From an uncultured bacterium (GTDB taxonomy: Bacteria > Acidobacteriota > Vicinamibacteria > Vicinamibacterales > UBA8438), in the NCBI GenBank assembly GCA_963934795.1, contig CAWWAF010000005.1, forward strand, positions 5,112-69,111: a stretch of 64,000 bases of DNA. Direction: 5' to 3'. Under the pieces are notes generated by a model. The model had not been told where the DNA came from, did no database searches, and saw nothing but the letters and a program-made list of their open reading frames with translations. Both the position numbers and the translations under genes were made by a program. Within the stretch, counting starts at the first letter, position 1; each line of letters starts with the position of its first letter. This document shows, piece by piece, positions 46,692 to 57,026 of this stretch.

Positions 46692-49483
46692 TCAGAACCG
46701 GAACAAGCGGGTGAGCTTGATAACGAACGCCCGATTCTCGAGCGTCGGATACCGGGGCGAGAGCGTGTCACGCTCATCCGTGTACACGACGAAGAGCTCA
46801 CTGCCCGGCAGATACTCCCATCGAAAGCGGACGTTCGTGCCAAGTGAGTCGGCCCCCGAGTTGTATTGCAGAAGAGCAGACACGAACATCCGTGGCGTGA
46901 GCGTGTAGGTGCTCCGGGCCGCCACGACCTCGGTGGTGAAGGCACCCTGCGGCAGGTCGATCCAGTTGAGCGATACCGACGGCTCGACGGTCAACCGGGG
47001 CATCAGCCCGATCCGGCCGTTGAAGAAACTGACACTGGTCCGGTCGCCGCTAAAGAAGCTTCCGCGGTCGAGCGCCAGCGCCCCGGACCACGGCCGCTGC
47101 TGGGCGAGAGCGTAGACGACCCGGGTGTTCACGAACGAGTAGCCGCCCACCGGAATCGACACGCCACTGGCGATCTCGAACGGCGCTTTCAAGAACTCGT
47201 AGCTGTCGGTCACGCCGGAATAGAACCGGTCGCCGTTCTCGAGCTCAATACCGAAGAGCCCCTGCTGGATGCGCGTCTCGAGCATCCCGGCCCCATCCGT
47301 CGTGTAGTCGAACGAGCCCTCCCACAGGAACTTCCGGATGGCAGCGATCGACCGGGGGCGCGGACTGAAACGGAAGGACCCAAAATTCCGCCGAAAGTCG
47401 TCTCGGCGGAGGAATCCGACCTCGGGGTTGAAGTTCGCCCCGACGGCCAACCGCTCGGCTACGACGCCCAGGTGTCGCCGCTGTAGTCGAACTGCGCTTG
47501 ATAACTGATGTCATCCCCGCTCACATCAGGCGTCTGGGTGCGAGCCAGGTAGGTATTCACGTTCAGGTTGTCGAAGAACGAAAAGACGCCGTCCACGCCG
47601 TAGGTGCTGTTGGCGCCGCCGCCGTCGATGGCCACGGACCGCCGCGCGACCAGAGCGCCCACGGTACTCCGGCGCAGCACATCGCGTTTCACGCGAGCGA
47701 CCGCGAAGTTGGTCCCGAGGGCGCCAGCCTCGAGGTCCTCGCCGGTCTGCACGTCCAGCAGTCCGATGCTGTATGGCCCTGCCCGTCCGGTGAGCCGCCC
47801 GCCGCCCTGAATGGGTACCGCGCCGTCTTCAGACACCCCGATTTGCCGGCTGAAGAACATGACGGGCGCCGTCCCCCCGAATCCCTGCCCGCTGAAGAAG
47901 TAGGCCGTGGGATTCGGTCGAAACCCGCCACCGAAATCGAAGATACCCTGCCCTTCCAGGAAGAACTCCCGCTTCTCCGGGTAGAACAGGCTGAAGCGCG
48001 TCAGGTTGACTTGCTGCTCGTCCACCTCGACCTGCGCAAAGTCGGTGTTGTACGTGAAATCAGCCGTCAGTCCCTGCGTCACCCCGTACTTGACGTCGAA
48101 CCCGACATCCCCGGCCAGTTCGTTGCGGAAGGTCGGCACCGATGCCAGGTTGGTCGTGGCGTCAGCAATGGCATACGTCTTCAACTCGAGGCGCGTACCG
48201 GCTTCCGGCACCTCGAGCCCAACGAGCGTCGCGGCCGACGACAACTTGAACAAACCAGCGAAGGAAAGCGCGGCCGGGATCGGCGTCAAGAACGAAATCT
48301 CGTTCTTGGATGCCGCTCGGCGCTGCACGTTGAAGCCCCAGATCTGCTCTGGTCCGGCGCCATAACGCAGCGACTTGAACGGCACCGCCATCTCGACCGT
48401 CCACCCGCCGTCGAACCGGCCGGTGCGCACGTCCCATACCGTGTTCCAGTCGCGGTTCGGTGTCCGCTCGTTGGTGATCGTCGCGTCGAAAAGACCGCCC
48501 AGGGGGTTGGTGATGAAATTGAACGCGCTTCGCCGGTCGTAGAAAGTGTCGAGTACGACCCCAAGCGTCTCGTTGCCGAACATACCGGCGGCGTCACGCT
48601 TCATCTCGTTCGCAACTAGGCGGTCGGGAAACTCGCTCCAACACCGCGCAGCGATATACAACATGTCGTCGTCGAACAGTACCCACAGCTCGGTCTGGTC
48701 GGTCGCCGGCGCACCTTCGTCCGGCTCCTGCTGGATGAAATCGGTGACCGGGTCCACGTCCGCGTATACCCCTTCGTCGAGGAGGCCATCGAGCTGCAGG
48801 GGACCGCCCAGCCGTACGGCGCGCATCGTCATCCGGCCCTGCGAGTCACGCGCCACCACCGCTGGCGGCGCCGGCGGCGGCGGGCCGTCGATGATGGCGG
48901 ACCGTGTCATCGCGAAGCCACCGGTTCCCGGCCGCGATTCCACCGGCGCGGCATCGACGTTCGGCGACGACTCGGCGCGCGGCTCAGCCCGCTTGAGGCG
49001 GCCGGCGACACCCTCTTCGCCGCCACCGGGGACGGGAGCGGCGTCCCCCATCGTCACCTGGCGTCCGAGCAGGCCAGCCAGCCGCGCCGCCAGCTCGTCC
49101 TGCAACGCGAACAGGTCGCTGACGACACCGTCGATTTTCACGGCGTCCTCCATCGGTCCGACAACCCCATCGACCAACGTCGCCGTAATCCGCACGCGAT
49201 CGCCAATCCGCTGGTAGCTCCCCCGCACGCGCGGCCCCACCGCTCCATCTCCTGTGTCGACGCGGCCCCCGAGGTCGGCCGCCACCGCCTCGGCGATACC
49301 GCGTCCGATCCACTCGTCGGCGGCGGCGCCACTCAGATTCTCGAACGCCTCGACCACCACCGACGGCGCCGCCCCACCGCCAGCCGAACCACGCCCCGTC
49401 TGCGCGGACGCCGCCCCAGGCGACGCAAGCGTCGCCGCGACGACCAGGCACACTGTCACGACGTTCGTCTGTCTTCGTATCAC
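46692..49483 (-). pseudogene. TolB-N-like + CBM9-like + DUF5916-like outer-membrane protein split by a 1-nt frameshift (pseudogene or sequence error)
   Basis: ORFs 47459..49642 and 46692..47450 join as DYSGDTW-G-VVAERLAVGANFNP if one G is added at 47467-47469; motifs DFAQVEVD, RFSLFYPEKREFFLEG; C-terminal FRF; start inferred. Confidence 0.75.
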
Positions 49484-49550
49484 GGGGGGCACGGGAGGAA
49501 GCTTTCGGGGACGGCCAAACGTAGTAGTGTACCGATTTTGAAGGGGGAGC

Positions 49551-50519
49551 ATGCTTACTGACCAGCCACGCCGCACCGCCGCCCGGCTTCCCTGGATCTT
49601 GACGGGCGTCTGTGTCGTTGCCGTGTGCCTGACCTTCGCCACCGTCGCGGCTCAACCGTCGCCGGAGCGTCTCAACCCGCTGGTCGCCAAGCTGGCCGGG
49701 GGCGACCGCGCATTCGGGGTCAGCACCTACGACCTCTCACTCGAGAACGCGCGGTCACTCGCTCGGTCCAACCTCGACTATGTCTATGTCGACATGGAGC
49801 ACGGCCCGATGGACTTCGCCGCGTTGCAGGAGTTCCTGCTGGGTCTGACGGACCGCGCCGCCGTAGCCGAACGCGGGAGCGTGGCGCAAAGCCTGACACC
49901 ATTGGCCCGCCTGGCACCCTATGGCCGTGAGTCCCCGCAATGGGCCGTGAAGCAGGCGCTCGATATCGGCGTCATGGGATTGATTTTCCCCGCGATCGAC
50001 ACCCCGGACCAGGCGCTCCGTGCGGTGCAGTCGATGCGATACCCGCAGCGCCGTGACGCCCCCTACCCTGACCCGCCCGGACAGCGGGGCTCAGGACCGA
50101 CAGCCGCCGCCTGGTTCTGGGGACTATCGACTGGCGACTACGTCCGTTACGCCGACACGTGGCCGCTCAACCCAGCGGGGGAACTGGTGGCCATCATGAT
50201 GATCGAGTCCACGGAGGCGGTCCGCAACGTCGAGGCGATTGCCGAGGTCCCAGGCGTCGCCGGCTTCTACCTCGGTCCCAGTGACCTGTCCAATTCGCTG
50301 GGCCTTCCCCGCGACGACCCGCGCGTCGAGGCGGCGATTCAAACGGTGGTCGACGCCTGCCAAGGCCACGGAATCGCATGCGGCATCACCGCCAGCGCGG
50401 CCGACATGCCGCGCCGAATCGAACAGGGCTTCACCATCCTCGGCGGGGGCCGCGCCGGAGGCGGTCTTCCCACGGCGGTCGACGCTGCGGTCGCGGCTGG
50501 CCGCGCCGTGCCCGACTAG
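49551..50519 (+). CDS. HpcH/HpaI aldolase/citrate-lyase family protein with signal peptide
   Basis: YVDMEHGP, KQALDIG, MRYP, MMIES, YLGPSDLS; N-terminal hydrophobic segment ending TVAA-Q. Confidence 0.85.
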   Translation: MLTDQPRRTAARLPWILTGVCVVAVCLTFATVAAQPSPERLNPLVAKLAGGDRAFGVSTYDLSLENARSLARSNLDYVYVDMEHGPMDFAALQEFLLGLTDRAAVAERGSVAQSLTPLARLAPYGRESPQWAVKQALDIGVMGLIFPAIDTPDQALRAVQSMRYPQRRDAPYPDPPGQRGSGPTAAAWFWGLSTGDYVRYADTWPLNPAGELVAIMMIESTEAVRNVEAIAEVPGVAGFYLGPSDLSNSLGLPRDDPRVEAAIQTVVDACQGHGIACGITASAADMPRRIEQGFTILGGGRAGGGLPTAVDAAVAAGRAVPD

Positions 50520-50652
50520 CGCTGCGGCAGTTCCCCGGGGGAGCACGGGCTAGACACCCACCTGCTCAGCGCTCCCAGGCCGGGTCCGACCCGCGCACAA
50601 CTGGCCCGTCCATGGCTGGTCCTCGGTCGACGCTCACAGCAGTGCCACCCAG

Positions 50653-52359
50653 CTATGGAAGCGCGTAGACGAAGATGCCATTCCCTGCTCGAGGGTTCTT
50701 CATCTCCGGCAGGAGATCTCCTGGGAGCAAGCTGGTCCAGCTTGATCCGCCGAGCGGGCTCCCCGCCCCGAACGCCACGTATTGGCGCCCGTCGACGGCA
50801 TACGTGATCGGATAGCCATTGGCCATGGTGGAGAGTCGGCTCCGCCAGAGCTCCTCGCCGGTCTGCGCGTCATACGCGAACACGTAGCGCTCCCAGTCGC
50901 CTATGAACACGAGACCGCCTGCGGTGGTCAGCGCAGCGGTGTTGTAGGGCGCTCGACGGCGCTGCTTCCACAACGCCTCTCCCGTACGAATGTCCAGGGC
51001 CTGGAGTTCGCCGAGCTGGTCTGGCGCATCCGGATGAAAGTGGTTCTGACGATCACGAACACCACCCGTCCCGCCGCCGCCGAGACGTTGCTCGACCGGC
51101 AGGAACGCGGCAGTCTCGCAGTTCAGGTTCAATGGAATATACAGGGCGGTGGTGTCCGGGTGATAGGCCATCGCCCGGAGGCTCTTGAAGCCGCCGGTGC
51201 TCGGGCAGAAATAGAGTTCCTCGCCCACGTCCGAGATCATGTCCTCGCGATGGGTAACGGCACCAGTTTCCGTATTGACGTCGACGATGTTCTGGTAGCC
51301 GAGGTCGATGGCGTTCTGGTACTGGCCATTGGCCCGATCAAGTTCCCACAAGACGCCCAACTTGCCCATACTGAAGACAGACTGCTTGCCGTCGTAGTCG
51401 ATCAGGATTCGCTCGAACGTCTCGTCCATGTCGTGGCTGTCGCCAGGAATGTGCTGGAAGTACCACTGCATCTCGCCGGTGGCCGGGTCTAGCGCGAGTG
51501 TCGAGTTGCTGTAGAGTGCGTCGCCGTCGGTGCCCCGGGCGTCACGCGACCACGGCTTGGCCTGCGAGGTGCCGTAGTAGACCAGCCCAGTCACCGGGTC
51601 GTAGCTCCCGGGAATCCAGGCATCGCTGCCGGCGCGCATCAGCAAGGGCAGGTCGCCCCAGGTATCGCCGCCACGCTCGCCAGGGCGGGCGACGGTTGAT
51701 GTCCGCCAGAGCACCTGCCCGCTGCGGCCATCCACGCCGATGATGTAGCACGTGTCCTCGCGGAACCGCTCGCAGCCGCGGAGCCCGGCCACGACGACGC
51801 CATCGGCGATCACCGGACCGCTGGAAAAGCCATAGCCTTCCTGGTCTGGGGGGGCGGCTGGCGTGTCGTAGCGCACGACTCCTGTGCGCGCATCGAGACC
51901 CACCACATGCGCGTCGACGGTATTCAGGATGACCAGATCCTCGTAGATGGCCAGACTCCGCATCTGCGCGCCTGGCCTCCGGCGCTCATCCATTTCGTAC
52001 CGGAACTCCCAGATGAAGTCGCCGTTCCGCGCATCGAGCGCCTGCACGACATTGCCCGGGTTGGCGATGTACATCGTTCCGTCGTGCACCACTGGCGTAG
52101 TCTGCGACACCCCTGCCTCGAGGCCCCAGGCCCACGCCAGCTGCAGGTCGCCGACATTACTCTTCTCGATCTCGTCGAGTGGGCTGTAGCCCCAACCGTC
52201 AAGCGTGCGTCGCCAGCTCAACCAGTCGCCATCATCGGGGTTCTGCAGAACCGCGTCCGTGACGGGGGTGAAGTTCTCGATCTGCGCCTGGGCCGGAACG
52301 GCCGCGGCGAACACGAACGTGGCACACGCGAATAGCGTACGGCGTCTCTTGGGCGACAT
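50653..52359 (-). CDS. PQQ-dependent dehydrogenase, alcohol-dehydrogenase-like, exported
   Basis: DWLSWRRTLDGWGYSPL, TTPVVHDG, AWIPGSYDP, WYFQHIPGDSHDMD, LTTAGGLVF, PITYAVDGRQY. Confidence 0.88.
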   Translation of the reverse strand: MSPKRRRTLFACATFVFAAAVPAQAQIENFTPVTDAVLQNPDDGDWLSWRRTLDGWGYSPLDEIEKSNVGDLQLAWAWGLEAGVSQTTPVVHDGTMYIANPGNVVQALDARNGDFIWEFRYEMDERRRPGAQMRSLAIYEDLVILNTVDAHVVGLDARTGVVRYDTPAAPPDQEGYGFSSGPVIADGVVVAGLRGCERFREDTCYIIGVDGRSGQVLWRTSTVARPGERGGDTWGDLPLLMRAGSDAWIPGSYDPVTGLVYYGTSQAKPWSRDARGTDGDALYSNSTLALDPATGEMQWYFQHIPGDSHDMDETFERILIDYDGKQSVFSMGKLGVLWELDRANGQYQNAIDLGYQNIVDVNTETGAVTHREDMISDVGEELYFCPSTGGFKSLRAMAYHPDTTALYIPLNLNCETAAFLPVEQRLGGGGTGGVRDRQNHFHPDAPDQLGELQALDIRTGEALWKQRRRAPYNTAALTTAGGLVFIGDWERYVFAYDAQTGEELWRSRLSTMANGYPITYAVDGRQYVAFGAGSPLGGSSWTSLLPGDLLPEMKNPRAGNGIFVYALP

Positions 52360-52514
52360 AAGGACCTCCTGGAGCCGAAACGTGAGACCAGATACTGAAG
52401 GACACTGATGAACGATGCGGCGAATTGTACCGTGGCCGGACGCGAACGCCGAAACGGCGCGCTCGCATCAGCAAGCGCGCCGCTTTGTCTCCCCGCACAT
52501 CGTTCGGCCGCTCG

Positions 52515-53510
52515 CTACTGACCGGCCTCTTCCTGACGGGCGCCGCCGAGCGCGTTCGGTACCGAGTAGTTCCCTTCGTGGCAGGCGTACTCGAACTGGA
52601 GATACTCGTCATCTCGGTTGAACGGGAACGCCGCGGTCCAGGGCGCGGTATAGGTGTCCTCATCGTCCATCCTCACCGAATAGCGAATCTCGTCCGGACC
52701 GACGACGGTGAACCGCTCGACCATGTGCTGCTGCTCGGACTGCCGAGACCGCGTGCCCGCGGTTGGGCCGCGCATGTTCTTGACGGCTTTGAAGTTTGTC
52801 GACTCGACGACCAGGGTGTTCCCTTCCCAGCGCCCGCGTGGGTCGCCTTCCCACTGCTTCACCTTTGTGTCGGCATGTGGCTCGTCGATCGGGATGATCC
52901 GGACGTTGTGGATCATCTCGCTGTGAATCGTGACGTAGCCGGGCGACTGCAGAATCAGCGTGCCGTTGTTGTACTCGGTGGGCATCATCATGCCGAGCAC
53001 GCCGCGAGAGATGCACCGGTCGCCCGATTCCATATTCCCGGCTTCGTCGTGCAGCTCCGCCATGGCCATGGCCACAGACTCCCGGGCGTTGGCGGTGGGT
53101 GCCGGAATACGGCCGTTCGGTGGGTCCACGATGATCGACGCCTGACCGATATCGTCCGGGGTCTCCCAGTACCAGTCGAACCAGTAGGTGCCGTAGCCAC
53201 CGACCCCGCCCGCGTTCTCCTCGTGCCCCTTCCACTCCGACCCCGCGATGCGCCCTTCGCCGCGCGCCGTCGCCCGCTCCTGCAATTCCTCAGGCGAGAG
53301 CTCTTTCCCGGCGAGTTCCTCCGGCAATTCGAGCGGGGTGAATATCGCTCGCGAGTTGTTCCACATGCCGGTGATATTGGGCTGGCCATCCGCCAACAGC
53401 TCGGGCGTATACCCTGACGCCCCGGGGGTATTCTGCGCAGCTGCCGGCGACGCCGACGCGACCATCAATCCACCCGCCAACGCTGCGACGGTGAGTAATG
53501 CACGATTCAT
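52515..53510 (-). CDS. Secreted hypothetical protein, 'RC...ACHEGN' family (paralog 4)
   Basis: DGQPNITGMW, DPPNGRIP, GDRC, WEGDPRGRWEGNTLVVES, FEYACHEGNY; lies between two PQQ genes on the same strand. Confidence 0.8.
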   Translation of the reverse strand: MNRALLTVAALAGGLMVASASPAAAQNTPGASGYTPELLADGQPNITGMWNNSRAIFTPLELPEELAGKELSPEELQERATARGEGRIAGSEWKGHEENAGGVGGYGTYWFDWYWETPDDIGQASIIVDPPNGRIPAPTANARESVAMAMAELHDEAGNMESGDRCISRGVLGMMMPTEYNNGTLILQSPGYVTIHSEMIHNVRIIPIDEPHADTKVKQWEGDPRGRWEGNTLVVESTNFKAVKNMRGPTAGTRSRQSEQQHMVERFTVVGPDEIRYSVRMDDEDTYTAPWTAAFPFNRDDEYLQFEYACHEGNYSVPNALGGARQEEAGQ

Positions 53511-53597
53511 AAACTGTCTCCTTTACGGCACCGCTGGCCTCTCTGGCCTCGCAGCGTGTCGTCTGTAGTCCCTACGCTGAACGCGCGCGGAATACGC

Positions 53598-55595
53598 CTA
53601 CTCGGGCGGCAAACGATACGCGAGCAACCGACCCGACTCGCCGCTTCCACTGACGGCGACCACGATGTACTGAGTCCCATCGAGCATGTATGTCATGGGT
53701 GACCCGGTCTGCGGAGCCGGCATGTAGACCTCGCCGACCTCCTCGCCCGTCATCTTGTCGTATGCCCGCAGCATGGCTCCCCGTTCTCCGGACGGCGTCG
53801 TGAACATTCCGCCCTCCCCGGCGACGACGAGCGTTTTCGTGTTCAGCGTGCCGATACGTCCCACGCGGCCGGTGCGAGGCACGTCGACGCCCTGAAGCCG
53901 CGGGTGATTGCGAATGTTGTCCGGGGTGGCGCCATGCGGCACCTGCCACAAAATCTCGCCGCCATTCAGATCGATCGCGGTGATGCGGCCCCACGGTGGT
54001 TTGATAATCGGAATCCCGTCGATGGTCAGGGCCGCCTCACGCGCGCTGATCTCGGAGGCACGGCCGCGAATGAAGTTCATATCCGACCGCTCCGGGTCGT
54101 TGATGAGCCCCAGGGACACGACCTGGGTGTAGCTGTACAAGTAGATGATGCCGGTCTCCGGGTCCAGCGACGCGCCTGGCCAGTTAGTCCCGCCAGCCTG
54201 CGAGGGCAGCATCAGTGTCCCCCACGGTCCCTCTGGGACAGAGGCCGTCGGCGGGGTAAAGATCGGCCCGATCCGGTAGTGGGACGCCACCTCCTCGGCT
54301 GCGGCCCGGAGCTCTGGCGTGAAGTCGATCAGGTCGTCGACGGCCACCCCTTGTCGGTCGTAGGCCGGTGGCTTTGTCGGGAAGGGCTGCGTGGGCGCCA
54401 GCAGCTCGCCCGGCACGTTCGAGGCTTCGACCGCGCGCTCCTCGATTGGCCAGACCGGTTCACCGGTCACCCGGTCAAAGACATACAACCAGGTCTGCTT
54501 GCTCGGTTGGGCAATCGCCTTGATCTCTCGCCCGTCGACGGTGATGTCGACCAGGATCGGCGCGCACGGGAGATCCCAATCCCAGACGTCATGGTGAATG
54601 AACTGGTAGTACCACAGTCGCTCACCGGTCTTCAGGTCGACCGCTACCAGGCTGTCGGCGAACAGATTGTCGCCATGACGGTGACCACCGTAGTAGTCAT
54701 TGGTTGGCATCTCGGTGGCGAAATACGCGATACCCAGTTCTTCGTCAATGGTCATCTGTCCCCAGACGCCCGTATTGCCGGAATACCGCCACGATTCATT
54801 CAGCCACGTATCGGCACCGAACTCGTCGCCACCCGGAACCGTGTGGAAGATCCAGTTGCGCTCGCCGGTGTTCGCGTCGAATCCGCGGACGTGCCCTTTG
54901 ACGTTTTCCATGGACTCGGGCGCGCTGCCAGGCAGGTGCGCCGCTCCGATCAAGATCGTGTCGCCGGCAACGATTGGCGCAGCGTGCAGGCCGACCTCAC
55001 CCGTGACCAGATCGATGTTCTGGTCCATGTTCTCCTTGAGATCCACGACGCCACCGGAACCGAAACTCGCGAGCCGCCGTCCCGTGGCCGCATCGAGGCC
55101 AACGAGTTGATAGCCTGGCGTGACGTAGAAGATCTCGCCGACGCCATCGTGGTCGCGGTACGCCAGACCACGGCCCGACAGGCGACGCGGCGCCGCGGCG
55201 CCGCGCTCCGCCTCATCCAGTCGATGGATCCACAGCAACTCGCCCGTAGCGGCGTCCGCCGCGATGACCGACCGTCGCGTCCCAACGGTGGAGTACAGGA
55301 CACCGCCAACCATCAGCGGCGTCGACTGTAGGTTGAACTCCGGCTCGGGACCGAAATTGTCGGTCCGCAGACTCCACGCCAGTTCGAGATCATTGAAGTT
55401 GGCGGCGTCGATCTGGTCAGCGGGAGAGTAGCGAGTACTCGCAAGGTCCCCACCGTAGGTGCGCCACTCGATGTCCTGCGCGGCCGTAGGAATAGACCAC
55501 ACGACCGCGACCACAGCACAGCCGAACGAACGCCAGCCTCTGACGGTACAGGACACAATTCCCCCCGGGTTAAGAGCGCGCGGCCGGTGCCTCAC
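53598..55595 (-). CDS. PQQ-dependent dehydrogenase, glucose-dehydrogenase-like, exported
   Basis: EWRTYGGDLASTRYSP, QSTPLMVGG, HHDVWDWDLPCAP, KPPWGRITA, PMTYMLDGTQY; start uncertain. Confidence 0.9.
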   Translation of the reverse strand: MRHRPRALNPGGIVSCTVRGWRSFGCAVVAVVWSIPTAAQDIEWRTYGGDLASTRYSPADQIDAANFNDLELAWSLRTDNFGPEPEFNLQSTPLMVGGVLYSTVGTRRSVIAADAATGELLWIHRLDEAERGAAAPRRLSGRGLAYRDHDGVGEIFYVTPGYQLVGLDAATGRRLASFGSGGVVDLKENMDQNIDLVTGEVGLHAAPIVAGDTILIGAAHLPGSAPESMENVKGHVRGFDANTGERNWIFHTVPGGDEFGADTWLNESWRYSGNTGVWGQMTIDEELGIAYFATEMPTNDYYGGHRHGDNLFADSLVAVDLKTGERLWYYQFIHHDVWDWDLPCAPILVDITVDGREIKAIAQPSKQTWLYVFDRVTGEPVWPIEERAVEASNVPGELLAPTQPFPTKPPAYDRQGVAVDDLIDFTPELRAAAEEVASHYRIGPIFTPPTASVPEGPWGTLMLPSQAGGTNWPGASLDPETGIIYLYSYTQVVSLGLINDPERSDMNFIRGRASEISAREAALTIDGIPIIKPPWGRITAIDLNGGEILWQVPHGATPDNIRNHPRLQGVDVPRTGRVGRIGTLNTKTLVVAGEGGMFTTPSGERGAMLRAYDKMTGEEVGEVYMPAPQTGSPMTYMLDGTQYIVVAVSGSGESGRLLAYRLPPE

Positions 55596-55658
55596 GCCGT
55601 CTGTCGGTGCTCGATGGTCATCCTACCGGCGGAACGCCGCCAACACAACGCGGGGCTC

Positions 55659-57020
55659 TCACTCCACCGGCGTCACGAGGAGGTTCACGGCCGCGGTCGG
55701 TGAATCGACATCAGCAAACCAGGCGACCTCTTCAGCCACCATATCGAAACGCATGACATACTCGCCCGCGGTAGCGATGGCCGGCAGGTCCACCTCGATG
55801 GTGACCACCCCACCTGGTCCGACGTCGCCCGGGAGGGCAGCCCGATGCCAGTCTCCGTCGAGCAGCGCCGCATCATGCGCCGCATGCAGTCGGATACCGA
55901 GGCGGGTCCAGCCTGCCTGTCGGGGAATCCCAGCCAGCCACAGGGTGTCACCGGTGTTCTCGATCTCCACCGCCACCCGGCCCGGCTGGCCGACAATCAT
56001 GGTTGCGGGATCCGTCGAGGGTCGCGGGGTGATGCGAGCGGTCAACCGCCCGGGACGTCGCGTATCCGGGACCGAGTCCCCCTTGTACATGAGGATAAAG
56101 CTGGTGTAGACGAGTGCGGCGCAGAGCGGCTCCCAAAAATGACGCAGGTTCTTCCCCTGCATGAAATCGCCCAGCTCGGACGCCGGCACTTCCACCGACT
56201 CGTCGATCGTCAGTGGCACAATCGTCGTCCGGTCGAGCCCATACCGTCGGCCCAGTTTCTCGATCTCCTCCACGACGATGTTGTTCTCGAGCACGCCGAA
56301 CTCGCGTACCTCGGCCAGGCTCTTCTCCGCCCCTGCGTGATGACGACCCGGCTCTCGCATCCCGATGATGCCGCCCTCGCGTAGCACGCGAGCCATCTCT
56401 GCCAACACCGCCTCATAGTTGGGAATATGGTGAAACGCGTCGTAGACGATGATCTTGTCGACCGAGCCGTCCTCAAGCGGCAACCGGTGCCCGTCGTAGA
56501 GCACAAACTCGGGCTCGACCGTCCAGTTCGTATGCTGGTCGGAGTCGAAGAGCTCGCGCCCGATACCCAGGGCCGTCTCCGACACGTCCACCGATATGGT
56601 CTTGCACCCGTATCGATTGAGCAGATGAGACAGCCAGCAGGACCCGGCTCCCATCTCGAGCACGGTATCCCCGGGGGCGATGCGCAACCAGTGGAAGAGC
56701 ACCCCCAGATCAAACAGCCGCCGGGCAAAGAACATCCGGTCGGTGAACGGTTTACCGAGCAGGTACTCGCGGTCACTGCGCACGAAGTAGTCCTCGGCCG
56801 CGACGTTGAGATCATCGGTCCGACGATTCAAGTCGGCTGGGTCGTAGTGCGGTGAGACGGCGTGGAGGGGAAGTTGGTCGAGCCCCATGCCCGCGCTCAG
56901 AAACAGGCGGCTCCCGACGTCGTCGCATAACAGTCGGAACCGGACGGAGCGCCTGGACAGCCAGAGGCAGCCGTTGGCAATGGCTCTGGCGAGTCGGTCT
57001 CGTTTTCCTTCTCCTGGCAT
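55659..57020 (-). CDS. Class I SAM-dependent methyltransferase with a C-terminal Ig-like domain
   Basis: VLEMGAGSCW, LPLEDGSVD, DAFHHIP, RVLREGG..EPG; C-terminal VEIENTGDTLW...GEYVMRFDMVAE; true start may be ATG 56888. Confidence 0.8.
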   Translation of the reverse strand: MPGEGKRDRLARAIANGCLWLSRRSVRFRLLCDDVGSRLFLSAGMGLDQLPLHAVSPHYDPADLNRRTDDLNVAAEDYFVRSDREYLLGKPFTDRMFFARRLFDLGVLFHWLRIAPGDTVLEMGAGSCWLSHLLNRYGCKTISVDVSETALGIGRELFDSDQHTNWTVEPEFVLYDGHRLPLEDGSVDKIIVYDAFHHIPNYEAVLAEMARVLREGGIIGMREPGRHHAGAEKSLAEVREFGVLENNIVVEEIEKLGRRYGLDRTTIVPLTIDESVEVPASELGDFMQGKNLRHFWEPLCAALVYTSFILMYKGDSVPDTRRPGRLTARITPRPSTDPATMIVGQPGRVAVEIENTGDTLWLAGIPRQAGWTRLGIRLHAAHDAALLDGDWHRAALPGDVGPGGVVTIEVDLPAIATAGEYVMRFDMVAEEVAWFADVDSPTAAVNLLVTPVE

Positions 57021-57026
57021 GGGAAG

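Noticed and set aside
47467-47469. Programmed frameshift or phase variation in the DUF5916-like gene
   Set aside because: A 3-nt G run is too short for phase variation and there is no slippery heptamer
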